The notes under the pieces were generated by a model. The model worked only from the letters and a program-made list of their open reading frames with translations, was not told the origin of the DNA and made no database searches. DNA of 64,000 bases, from contig OX597825.1 in assembly GCA_951406725.2 (NCBI GenBank), forward strand, positions 10,850,001 to 10,914,000, given 5' to 3'. Position 1 is the stretch's first letter, and each line of letters begins with the position of its first letter. Position numbers and translations under genes: made by a program. The DNA comes from Octopus vulgaris (taxonomy: Eukaryota). This document shows positions 25,952 to 37,680 of this stretch, one piece after another.

Positions 25952-26211
25952 GACAATCACCGGTCTTCGATGCAAAGGGGTCCCAATGCAAACACATATA
26001 TCCTTTTTCCAGTGACGAAAAGTCACTGATCTCGAAAAAGTGTAAAATATCCTAAAACTTTTCAGAAATTCAATTTAACCAGATCTCAGTGACATTTAGT
26101 ATTTAAGAGTTGATGTTAGAACCATCTAGAATGTAAATCATAATGATTGGCCGACTTGATGGTTTAACATACAAATGTCAGTAAAAGGGAATATCTAGGT
26201 GTACATATTAA

Positions 26212-26433
26212 CCCGTTAGCATTTAAAGTGACCATATCTGGCCAAAATATTCCAGGTGTTTGATGTTCAAACTGGCAAGGTCTGACCTCTCCACACCAAC
26301 CCTACAATATAATTCTAAAAATTAACAGTTACTTCATCAAAATCTCAAATCTACAAGATAAGGCATAATTAATTCAAAACAATGTGAATAAATAAAGTTT
26401 AACATTTGACAGAGTGACCTGAATGCTGAAAGG
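26212..26433. mobile_element. piggyBac-type MITE (second family)
   Basis: TTAA on both sides; TIRs CCCGTTAGCATT / AATGCTGAAAGG. Confidence 0.75.
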
Positions 26434-26604
26434 TTAAAGGTGACATTTGTGAAAAAGCACCTTTACACAAACTTGAAGGAATTTCTTCAGCCACTTCTTC
26501 AACCTCTGACTCACAAATGCATGGGTTTTTCCCTCTGTCCATCCATCTATCCATTTGTTGGTCGGTTTGCCTGCCAGCTTGTCTGTCTGTCTGTGTGTTT
26601 TCAC

Positions 26605-26636
<32 letters not shown>

Positions 26637-26941
26637 TATCTAATACTACTACAATGGTCTTTGATCTTTTTGTACTAATTTACTACTACATACCCCTCTC
26701 CACCCCCTTCCCACCCCTTATTCTCTCTGACCTCTACTCACCCACCATTAACCCCTCCACATAAAATATTTTAGCAGTCATTCCTTCCCTGGCCTGCAGC
26801 CCTCAAACCCTGTAGAGTTCTAACCCTGACAGGTATTTTCCTGCTGACATTGACCTTCAGCTCTCTAAGCTGTCCATCAAACACATCAAACCAACCAATT
26901 AGAGAGGAGAGTCTTCAAAGGTCAAGGTCATGAGCATCACC

Positions 26942-27345
26942 CCTTTTACTTGTTTCAGTCATTTGACTGTGGCCATGCTAGGGCACTGCCTTGAGGAATT
27001 TTAGTCGAACAAATTGACCTCAGGACTTATTACATTTTTTTTTTGTAAAGCCTGGTACTTATTCTATTGGTCTCTTTTGCCAAACAGCTAAGTTATAAGG
27101 GCATAAACATACTAATAACTGTTGTCAAGCAGTGGTGGGAGACAAACACAGACACAAACATGTGCACACTCATAGATATATATATATATGAATATATATA
27201 TGACAGGCTTCTTTCAGTTTCCATCTATCAAATCCACTCACAAGGCTTTGGTCAGCTTGAAGCTGTAGGAGAAGACACTTGCCCAAGGTGCTGTGCAGTG
27301 GGACCGAAGCCAGAATCGTGTGGTTGAGAAGCAAACTTCTTACCA
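26942..27345 (-). mobile_element. SINE family A (older copy)
   Basis: Reverse complement of the consensus. Confidence 0.75.
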
Positions 27346-27481
27346 CACACACACACACACCCATACACATGCACTGTATTCTGAAGATTTTGATTCTTGA
27401 AGCCATTCCTTACTGCTGAAAAATCTGGTGCCTGTGTCGTGCAAAAAACATCCATTACACTCTACAAAATGGTTGGTGTTT

Positions 27482-28745
27482 GTTAGTTAGTTAGTTAGTT
27501 AGTTAATTTGGCTCAAAAGCAAATAGCAAGGCCATGTAGGGGGACATGGAGTTAAGTACAGGGTGGTGTTCATGTAAAGAGTTCAGGCCACTTGAGGTCC
27601 AGGGAGGCTTTGAACAAAGCGGTCGTCGGCATCTTCACCATCTCGTCTGGCAGCTTGTTCCACGGATCCGCAACCCGGACGGAGAAAGCTCCTCTCCTTC
27701 GATTGAGATGAAATCGTCGCAGGTAGAGCTTTTTGGAATGACCCCGCAGCCGACGCTCCGGAGCAGGAGTGAAGAACAGCTCTTTCGAGAGGTTACACTT
27801 CCCGCTTATGATGTTGTGGGCGAGAATGAGATCACCACGGCGGCGGCGTTTTTCAAGAGAATAAAGGTCGAGCGTCCTCAGCCTTTCTTCGTAGGACAAA
27901 TTTTTGAGACCATGAACCATGCGGGTAGCCAGCCTCTGGACTCTTTCGAGGTGATGTATGTCTTTGAGGAGATAAGGAGAAGAGGCTTGAATCCCATACT
28001 CCAATATGGGTCTCACCAGCGTGACATAGAGTGGCAGGAATATGGCTGCTGTGAGCATTCCGAATGACCGTCGAATCAAAAACAGAATTCCGCGCGCTTT
28101 GTTGGCAGCATGGACGCACTGGGCCGAAGGCGAAAAGGAGGAATCCACCAAGATAACCAGGTCCTTTACCTGATCGGTCCTCTCCAGCAGCAGACGACCT
28201 GGCTCGAAATCAAGTTGAGTTGCAGGAGTAGAGCCGACAGGCAGATGACAGCACTTTGACACGTTCAGACACAGGTCCCAATCGTTAGACCACTTCCAAA
28301 TTTGGTGGAGGCATCGACGAAGATCCTCTATACTACCGCGAGGAGCGACCAGTTTGATATCGTCGGCAAATAGAAGGGTGTGTTGCGTGAGGTCGTCGGG
28401 CAAGTCATTTATGAAGACTAAGAACAACAAGGGCCCAAGCACTGAACCTTGAGGCACGCCACTGCTTGCACTGGAGACGTCGGACCACGAACCATTAACT
28501 TGAACTTGGAAGGAGCGATCTGAGAGGAAGGCACCAACCCATCGTACAATATCCGGATGGAAACTATATGCTTGAAGCTTGACAAGTAGTAGGCGGTGGT
28601 TTACCGAGTCAAAAGCTTTGGCAAAGTCCAATAAAACGATGTCAACAGCATCACTATCATCGAGGATGCGCGTCACCAATTCTTCCATTACTAGTAAGTT
28701 GGTCAAGCATGATCTCTTCGGCACGAAGCCGTGTTGGGAATCAGT
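27482..28745 (-). mobile_element. 5'-truncated CR1-clade LINE with uninterrupted RT domain and (CTAA)n tail
   Basis: QHGF..RSCLTNLL, LDFAKAFDSV, SGVPQGSVLGPLLF..IND, LFADDIKL, LERVQR..SYEERL..RRRRGDLI, FSVRV..WNKLP; stop at 27570. Confidence 0.95.
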
Positions 28746-28887
28746 GAAAGGTATCCAGCCATAGAAACTTTGCCAGAACAGGTATTGCAGCTTGGAACAG
28801 TCTTCTGGCTTGCCAACTCTTGTTGAATCATCCAACCCATACTAGCATGGAAAAGGGACGTTAAATGGTGATAATATATATATATGT

Positions 28888-29135
28888 GGAGGCGCGTGAC
28901 TTAGTGGTTAGGGTGTCAGTACCATGATCGTAAGATTGTGGTTTCGATTCCTGGACCGGGCAACACTTTGTGTTCTTGAGCAAAACACATCATTTCACGT
29001 TGCTCCAGTCCACTCAGCTGGCAAAAATGAGTAAAGCTGCGATGGACTGGCGTCCCGTCCAGCTGGGGAACACATACGCCATAGAAACCGGGAAACCGGG
29101 CCCTTGAGCCTGGCTAGGCTTTAAAATGGCACATT
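28888..29135 (+). mobile_element. tRNA-derived CORE-like SINE
   Basis: TGACTTAGTGG and GGTTTCGATTCC boxes; GTGTTCTTGAGCAAAACAC..GCTCCAGTCCACTCAGCTG central domain; (ATT)n follows. Confidence 0.75.
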
Positions 29136-29136
29136 G

Positions 29137-29194
<58 letters not shown>

Positions 29195-29672
29195 TCTCCA
29201 TCTTAGATAAACATATTGATACCACTAAATCAATTTTGACTCTATATTCAGGACAACATTGCCCAATGTATTCTTTCTTTTTTAAAGTGATAGGATATGA
29301 TGTTAGAGATTTGGTTGCTATTTCTAACAAGTCAACCAAATATGTAGAGGTTCCCTATTATCCTGTTGCATTCTTGATCATAGAAAACCTTTAGACTATT
29401 GCAGGAGGAGCTTAACTTCCAGTTAAATCATTTGTTTATCATATGCAGTATTTAGGTTTATCCCATAGATTATCTAACGTGTTTTATGGCTTTAAACCTT
29501 TTAAGTTGAGTAGCAATTCAAAAATTTATGATCTAAACCTAGTAAATCAATTAGTTTTGGCTTGTTTGTCTAAACTCCATGGTCACCATTAAAGGTTATC
29601 AGACATAGGTCCTGGTTTTTTATATGGAGTGTAATGAATTTAGTTGTGTATTGTTCATGAATAGTGAAGATA

Positions 29673-29847
29673 GGCATAGGAGTGGCTGTGTGGTAAGTAG
29701 CTTGCTTACCAACCACATGGTTCTGGGCTCAGTCCCACTGCGTGGCACCTTGGGCAAGTGTCTTCTACTATAACTTTGGGCCGACCAAAGCCTTGTGAGT
29801 GGATTTGGTAGACGGAAACTGAAAGAAGCCTGTCGTATATATATGTG

Positions 29848-29894
<47 letters not shown>

Positions 29895-30065
29895 TTGTGT
29901 GTGTGTGTATGTTTGTGTGTCTGTGTTTGTATCCCCCCCCCCCCAACATTGCTTGACAACTGATGTTGGTGTGTTTATGTCCCCGTAACTTAGCGGTTCG
30001 GCATAAGAGACCGATTGAATAAGAACTAGGCTTACAAAGAATAAGTGCTGGGGTCGATTTGATTC
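29673..30065 (+). mobile_element. SINE family A
   Basis: Consensus match, 3'-truncated. Confidence 0.85.
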
Positions 30066-30072
30066 GATTGAA

Positions 30073-30159
30073 GCCAAACTGCTAAGCTATGGTGACGTAA
30101 ACACACCAGCATTGGTTGTCAAGCGATGTTGGGGGGACAAACACAGACACACAAACAAA

Positions 30160-30226
<67 letters not shown>

Positions 30227-30391
30227 TATGGTGGGCTTCTTTCAGTTTCTGTCTACCAAATCCACTCATAAGGCTTTGGTCGGCCCGAGGCTATTGTAGA
30301 AGACACTTGACCAAGGTACCATGCAGTATGACTGAACCCAGAACCATGTGGTTTGTAAGCAAGCTACTTACCACACAGCCACTCCTACACC
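30073..30391 (-). mobile_element. SINE family A (inverted relative to its neighbour)
   Basis: Reverse-complement consensus match. Confidence 0.85.
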
Positions 30392-31004
30392 TACGGTTTG
30401 GTGATGTTTCATGAAGAATGGTGTGAATATGAGTAAAGGTGAAGGAAATAGAAAGGAGATCACTGAGCTTGGAAAAGCAGAAAGTAAGGGAAATGCTCCA
30501 TTATGAGTGCTTTCATAGGAAATACTTTAACTTGTCAGTTTACTAGAAGATAGAACAGAAGCTAAATCAGTGAGAGGGGAACCGGACTAAGATTTTGTTA
30601 GGGGTTAACGTTAGTTTCAATCTTTATCTTTTGAAACCATGGTGATTGGTGGTACTCAGAGGGAAGGCGGTGAGCCGGGCGAAATGCTTAGCGGTATTTC
30701 GTCTGTCGTTACGTTCTGAGTTCAAATTCCGCCGAGGTCAACTTGGCCTTTCATCCTTTCGGGGTCGATAAATTAAGTACCAATTACGCACTGGGGTCGA
30801 TGTAATTGACTTAATACCTATGTTTGTCCCCTCTATGTTTAACCCCTTGTGGGTAATAAAGAAATAGGTACTCAGAGGGACCACTAGACTCAAGTACAAC
30901 AAGAGATATTTTATTTGAATATCATGTATATGTGTATTAATATATATCATCATCATCATCATCTTTGTCACTGCTGCTATCATCATCATCATCATCATAA
31001 AAAA

Positions 31005-31290
31005 AATGATAATGAAATTATTGTATACAGTGCTCAGGTGCACCACAACTTGTCAAAAAGTGCATATAAAGCATATGCACGAATGTCTGGAAAGCAAACT
31101 GAATGAGTCAGATACATGCTTGTGTGTGTATGGAGGGGAGAAAATCAGGTGTAGTGTTGGATAATCTCAGGAAGCATGGAAGTTTTGAAGGATGCAGTGC
31201 TCTGATAACTAACAACTGATGCCGACAGTTTGTTCCATACTACAGCAACTCTCAGCGTGAAAAAATGTTTCCGAAAGTCATGGGAGCTGA
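31005..31290 (-). mobile_element. CR1-like LINE 3' end (second family)
   Basis: Minus strand DFRKHFFTLRVAVVWNKL..SFK plus 3' UTR; copies at 46322-46645 (+) and 49495-49735 (-). Confidence 0.75.
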
Positions 31291-32054
31291 CTTAGTAAAC
31301 ATGTCTACATCATCATCATCATGTCTGATTTCCCATGATTGGGTTGGCTAGATCTGCAACAGTATATGGCTAAACCTCACACTCAAGACTTTTGGTAATA
31401 TTCTGTGATGGGTATTCTTGTCAGTAAGATCAGGAATTACGATGGAAAATGTCAGCTTAGTTTGCTCACATCTGATCTCGCTTTCCCAATTCTTTATACG
31501 TCTCTTTGAGCTGCTTCTACTACAGACATATCAACAGATGCTACTGCAATATTTGTTTAGCTGTAAACCTTTTGTTAACTAAAAGTTTATTCAACGAGAG
31601 CAGATAAAAGTAGTGTTTACTGTCGGATGTATTATCAGATTGTATTAGTTTCTCTGAAGCTGAGAGAGCTAGTACTAACCATAGTATAAATATTGGAACT
31701 CTGCCTAATGCTAATGTAATTTCGTAGTCGTTGTTAATGCAACTAGTATCACCAGTGAAATATTTCATGGATGGTGGTAATTGTAACAGCTGATATTTTC
31801 TTTTAATTTATACAGGTGCAATGTAGTAAGTAGGGAGGGAAGTGGTAAGAAAGAAAAGGGAGATGATGTGGTTGGCTGGGAAGGAGAGAGGGGACTCGGT
31901 CGAAGGATGTTTAGTCAAGTAACATGTCAATCAAAATGGCAGTGAGGAATTCTGAAGAACAATAAAGAAAGGTGATAAAAATAGATTATGTAGAGGAAGA
32001 TAGAGATTGATAATTGTCATAAATCTCAAGACTCTTAGATTTATAATATGAAAT

Positions 32055-32478
32055 AGGCTCAGGAGTGGCTGTGTGGTAAGTTGCTTGCTTACGAACCACA
32101 TGGTTCCGGGTTCAGTCTCACTGCGTGGCACCTTGGGCAAGTGCCTTCTACTATAGCCTCGGGCCGACCAAAGCCTTGTGAGTGGATTTGGTAGACGAAA
32201 ACTGAAAGAAGCCCGTCGTATATATGTATATATATATGTATGTGTGTGTATATGTTTGCGTGTCTGTGTTTGTCCCCACCAACATCGTCTGACAACCGAT
32301 GCTGATGTGTTTACGTCCCCGTAACTTAGCAGTTCGGTAAAAGGAGCCCAATAGAATAAGTACTAGGCTTACAATGAATAAGTCCTGGGGTCAATTTGCT
32401 CGACTAAAGGCGGTGCTCCAGCATGGCTACGGTTAAATGACTGAAACAAGCAAAAGAGTATAAGAGAGTAAAGAGTAA
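32055..32478 (+). mobile_element. SINE family A
   Basis: Full-length consensus match. Confidence 0.85.
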
Positions 32479-32784
32479 ACTAGATTTATTATTTGGATGA
32501 AATCAAAGAATTTCTTCAGCAATGGTGATGACATCATCATGGACAGAAGTAAAATTCTACATGTGAATATTTTCTTTAAAGTGTTAAAAATCACTCACTG
32601 CTCCATGTTTATTAGTTATATTTTTAAGCAGATATGATGGGAGAATAATTACTAATTAAACTACTGGATTGTTTATCCAAATCCATGGCAACATAATCCT
32701 AACAATACCACTGTGTTAATTCTCAAAGCAAGGTCAACGACTTTAGTCAGTTTCTGTGATTAATGATTAAAGGTATTAATGTGT

Positions 32785-33020
32785 AAGGTGGCGAGCTGGC
32801 AGAATCGTTAGCACGCCAGGCGAAATGTGTAGTTGTATTTCGTCTGCTGTTACATTCTGAGTTCAAATTCCGCCGAGGTCGACTTTGCCTTTCATCCTTT
32901 TGGGGTCAATAAATTAAGTACCAGTTACGCACTGGGGTCCATATAATTGACTTAATCCGTTTGTCTGTCCTTGTTTGTCCTCTCTGTGTTTAGCCCCTTG
33001 TGGGTAATAAAGAAATAAGA
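32785..33020 (+). mobile_element. SINE family M
   Basis: Full head to AAAGAAATAAG. Confidence 0.8.
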
Positions 33021-33155
33021 ATGTATTGGGTGCTTTTTATGTGGCACCAGCACCATCAGGTTTGCCAAGTACCTTGCGAGGCAAAAGTCCCTCAACTGGG
33101 AATGGGGGAGTAGTGTTGAGTGGGTGTGTGGCTTTGTGTCAGTTGAGAGATTTAA

Positions 33156-33308
33156 CCCTTTCGTTACCAACCCGGTTGAAACTGGCTCTGGCTCTGTACT
33201 ACAAATGTCTTGTTTGCATAAGTTTTGAATTAAAATCTTCCACCAAACCTTAGTCACAATTTATGTTCCTAACACTAGTTTAATGATAACTAAGTTATTT
33301 TACTAAAT
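33156..33308. mobile_element. Truncated piggyBac-type MITE
   Basis: TTAA-CCCTTTCGTTAC start, same family as 7300-7520. Confidence 0.8.
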
Positions 33309-33310
33309 AC

Positions 33311-33704
33311 CTTCTCCAGGCACTTGGTGTAGGCCTCTGTGTTGAGTGTGAGGCTGTGTGGGTTGATGAATGGAGGCATAATGTCACCATCACTAGTGAT
33401 CACTACAAACACCATGATGTTGACTGACTGTTTGATTTTTATCACTCTCGGTACATGTCCTCAGGTTGCACTCTCCTTAGATCGACACCCAAACACTGAA
33501 ATGTTCATATTGGAGTTTCTGATGTGAATGCAGCATATCGTCTCCAAATTTCTGACAGAGTGAATTGCGTCATGGTGCTGTATTTCTCACAGACAGTGCC
33601 CAACTGACCCTACTATACTGTGTAGTTGACAAAAATCAAAAACAAACAATGTGCATTGTAAAAGTAAAAATATAAAATGGTGGCAGTTTACCCATCGCAC
33701 CCTG
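33311..33704 (-). mobile_element. Internally deleted Tc1/mariner-superfamily element
   Basis: TA-CAGGGTG terminus on minus strand; translation NIMVFVVITSDGDIMPPF..LNTEAYTKCLE resembles a DDE/DDD transposase segment. Confidence 0.7.
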
Positions 33705-33714
33705 TATATATAGG

Positions 33715-34043
33715 GTAAAGGCTCCCTTTGGTCATGAATGACCATGAGATTGCACCTATAAAGTTACCCTCCTAGGCACAAGTCTGGGCAAGGTTGTTTT
33801 ATGGAAGACCAGCAGTCACCCAGACATAGCAACCTCTCCTCTCCATACCACTGATGTTGTCCAAGGGAAAGGCAAAGGGGCTGATACAGCTTGGCACCAG
33901 TGATGTTGCAACTCATTTCTACAGCTGAGTTAACTGGAGCAATGTGAAACAAAATGTCTTGCTCAAGAACACAACACACAGCCTGGTCCAGGAATCGAAC
34001 TCACTACCTCATCATTGTGAGCCTGACACTCTAACCACTGAGC

Positions 34044-34048
<5 letters not shown>
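33715..34048 (-). mobile_element. tRNA-derived CORE-like SINE with distinct tail
   Basis: TGGCTCAGTGG and GAGTTCGATTCC boxes on minus strand, same central domain as 28888; tail also present at 52561-52685 (+). Confidence 0.75.
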
Positions 34049-34080
<32 letters not shown>

Positions 34081-34544
34081 TATGTTGCATCTATATTAGT
34101 GTGTGTGTGTGTCTTTGTTGACAGATATCTTCCCAGAATAAATATTGGTTTCAAATTTTGGCACTAAGCCAGTAATTTCAGAGGAGGTTTAAATTGACTC
34201 TATTGCTAAAGTGGTACTTATTTTATTGACCTTGAAAAGATAAAAGGCAAAGTCAACCATAACAAGATTTGAACTCAGCACGTAAGGACAGATGAAATGC
34301 CACGAAGCATTTTGCCTGGTGTGTTAACAATTCTACAAGTTCACCATCTTCTTACCAAACAAATACCAAAAAAAGCAAAAATTAATGCCATTTGTAGAGA
34401 CAAGGTGTTGTGGGTGAAGAAAAAGAACAAAAATTGAAATTTCTCTTAATAGTTTTCTTGATTCATAATCTCTGATGTTTTAAGCATATAAACCTTCGTT
34501 AATATTCAATCAAAGCTCTCATTTCATTAATCTTTAGTCAAAGC

Positions 34545-34975
34545 TCTAAGTGAGAATCAAAATCGATCAACATCAATGGAAATTGCAGCAGTGATACCAG
34601 TGCCGGTGGCACGTAAGAGAACCATCTGAACGTGACCGTTGCCAGCGTCGCCCCGACTGGCCTCGTGCCGATGGCACGTAAAAAGCACCATCTGTTCATG
34701 GCTGTTGCCAGCCTCGCCTGGCCCCCGTGCCGGTGGTACGTAAAAAGCACCATCCAATCGTGGCCGTTTGCCAGCCTTGTCTGGCACCTGTGCCGGTGGC
34801 ATGTAAAAAGCACCCACTACACTCATGGAGTGGTTGGCATTAGGAAGGGCATCCAGCTGTAGAAACACTGCCAGATCAGACTGGGCCTGGTGCAGCCCTC
34901 TGGCTTCCCAGACCCCAGTTGAACCGTCCAACCCATGCTAGCATGGAAAACGGACGCTAAACGATGATGATGATG
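34545..34975 (+). mobile_element. RTE LINE 3' UTR fragment with 4 motifs
   Basis: GTGCCGGTGGCACGTAA-like motifs and (GAT)n tail. Confidence 0.8.
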
Positions 34976-35020
34976 TTTGTCTGACCCTTGCCCATTCTGT
35001 AAATTTAAATAAAATAATAA

Positions 35021-35380
35021 TAGGCACAGGAGTGGCTTCCCACTGAGTGGCCCCTTGGGCAAGTGTCTTCTACTATAGCCTTGGGCTGACCAAAGCCTTG
35101 TGAGTGGATTTGGTAGATGGAAACTGAAAGAAGCCTGTTGTATATATATATGTATGTTTGTGTGTCTGTGTTTGTTCCCACCAACATCGCTTGACAACCG
35201 ATGGTGGTGTGTTTACGTCCCTGCAACTTATTCTATTAGAAAAAGAGACTGATAGAATAAGTACTAGGCTTCCAAAGAATAAGTCCTGGGGGTCGATTTG
35301 CTCGACTAAAGGTGTTGCTCCAGCATGGCTGCAGTCAAATGACTGAAACAAGTAAAAGAATAAAAAGGAGAGTAAAGAGT
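35021..35380 (+). mobile_element. SINE family A with internal deletion in the head
   Basis: Consensus match. Confidence 0.8.
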
Positions 35381-35685
35381 TGTTAATTTTTCAAGAATTA
35401 GTCCATTTTGAAGGCTAGTAAAAAAAAAAAAATTCTGGTTTAGTATTTTTCGATGGAGAAATATATATGATATAATATTTTGAGTTTTAACTATAACTTC
35501 TGTATTAACCAGATTCTAATTAATGACTGAAAATGTCATTAGGTGACATAAATCTTTTCTGAGATTCATTATCACCTTGGCAACAGTTGTCCAGTGCCTT
35601 CTGTTTACACACGTTGGTATTAACAGATGGTATTATGTGGAGCAAAGGCATGACAATGTAATCAATATTATCACACACACGGTGC

Positions 35686-35754
<69 letters not shown>

Positions 35755-35914
35755 CTGTGTGTGTGTGCATGCACATAGTACGAAGAACACAAGATTACTT
35801 AACAATCTTCTTGTAGAGTAGAAAAGAGAAATGTGATTAAATATAAAAAGATTATGAAGCATTGTCATTTGTCACTCCCCTGTATTCATTAACAATAACA
35901 ACCACCTACGTAGA

Positions 35915-35944
35915 CAGACACACACACGTGTGTGTGTGTGTGTG

Positions 35945-35988
<44 letters not shown>

Positions 35989-36085
35989 TGCAAGTGAGTG
36001 TGTGTTTATTCATATATATACATACACACACACATATATATATATACACACATATAGATGCACGCAAGTGAGGGTTTGTTTATTC

Positions 36086-36116
<31 letters not shown>

Positions 36117-36248
36117 CATATAGACACACACAAGTGAGTGTGTTTATTCATATATATACACACACACACACATATAGATGCACGCAAGTGAGTGTTTATT
36201 CATATATATAAATATATACACATACACGCGCGCACACACACACACACA
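35915..36248. repeat. Higher-order compound microsatellite repeat
   Basis: TAGA..CAAGTGAG..TTTATTCATATATA recurs about 4 times, separated by TA/CA runs. Confidence 0.8.
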
Positions 36249-36914
36249 GCAAAGGAAATCTATATATAAAGCAGATGTTTTAAAAGGTTGTGTTTAGAAT
36301 ATTTTATTTTTGAAATAAATATCTTGCCTGTACTCAAGGTTTAGTTTGAGGTATTTGTTTTTGAGTAAAGTATATTGTTCCTGCAATATAGCATCATCAT
36401 CATTGTTTAACATCTGCTTTCCATGCTAGCATGGGTTGGACGGTTTGACTGAGGGCAGTCGAACCAGATGGCTGAACCAGGCTCCAATCTTGATCTGGCA
36501 GAGTTTCTACAGCTGGATGCCCTTCCTTACGCCTATATATTTTCTTTTTGTTTTTCCTTGTTAAGTGGGATTTTTGTAGTTTTTAGGGTTGTAGATGTTC
36601 TTCATTTAACTTCCATTTCCCCCTGCTGTCATAGTTTGGATAGTCTGACAGGATTTGGCAAGCTGTAGGGCTGTGTTGAGATCCAATATCAGTTTTGGTA
36701 TGGCTGGATGCCTTTCTCAATGTCAGTTGCTTCAAAGAGTGTAAATGGTCCCAGAAATCTTGTTCCAAGTGAGACTTTTGTCTTTTCTAAGACTGTTCAT
36801 CATTTTGGTTAATTTTAATGAATGACAATGAAATCAATATTATCACACACAGTGTACACACACACACTGAAAGTGTAATTAAGTGACTTTAAAAAATTTT
36901 GGTTAATTTTAATG

Positions 36915-37355
36915 TATTTTCTACTCTAGGCACAAGGCCCGAAATTTTTGTGGACAGGACCTGTCGATTAGATTGATTTTCTTAATAATAAATATGCAAC
37001 TGGTACTTAATTTATTGACCCTGAAAGGATGACAGGCAAAGTTGACCTCGGCAGAATTTGAACTCAGAATGTAAAGACAGACGAAATACTGCTAAGCATT
37101 TCATCCGATGTACTGTTTCTGCCAGCTCACCATCTTTAAATATTCTTTTCTACTCTAGGCACAATATCTGAAATTTTGGGGGGAGGGGTCAGTTAGTTAG
37201 ATTGACCCCAGTAGGCAACTGGTACTTAATTTATTGATCCTGAAAGAATGAAAGGCAAAGTTGATCTCAGCAGAATAGGAACCCAGAACGTAAAGACATA
37301 CGAAATACCACTAAACATGTCACCTGGCATGCTAACATTTCTGCCAGCTCGCTGT
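36915..37355 (-). mobile_element. Two tandem SINE family M copies
   Basis: TTTTCTACTCTAGGCACAA tail occurs twice; B-box GAATTTGAACTC. Confidence 0.75.
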
Positions 37356-37680
37356 CTTATTCCTCGTTATATTCTAATTAATCCATTAACCTTTCACCCA
37401 CACACAATACTAAAAATAATGCATTCTCATATTTAAGTCTGCTGGCATGAACTGATAGGTCAGCATGTAACATCTTAAGGTTTACCTTTTTCGCTGATAA
37501 AATTTTGCCCATCACATATAAATGCAAATTTAAAGCATAAATTTATAATTTACCTGTTGGGCATGAATGGAAATGGCTGTATGAAGTAAAGATTACCAAT
37601 TTTTTAATAATAAATAATCATTAATTTTCAACTCTCCATTTCCTTAACTGAAATTGAATTATATATATATATATATACAT

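Noticed and set aside
27482-27505. Telomeric repeat
   Set aside because: The repeat is (TTAG)n, the CR1 tail, not (TTAGGG)n.
27546-28067. 173-aa plus-strand ORF
   Set aside because: Antisense shadow of the CR1 RT.
28746-28835. N-terminus of the 421-aa RT ORF
   Set aside because: Derives from the flanking old RTE UTR copy and is in frame by chance; not a functional start.
31816-31833. Intermediate exon after TTTATACAG
   Set aside because: Immediate in-frame stop, and homology leaves no gap between the two identified coding exons.
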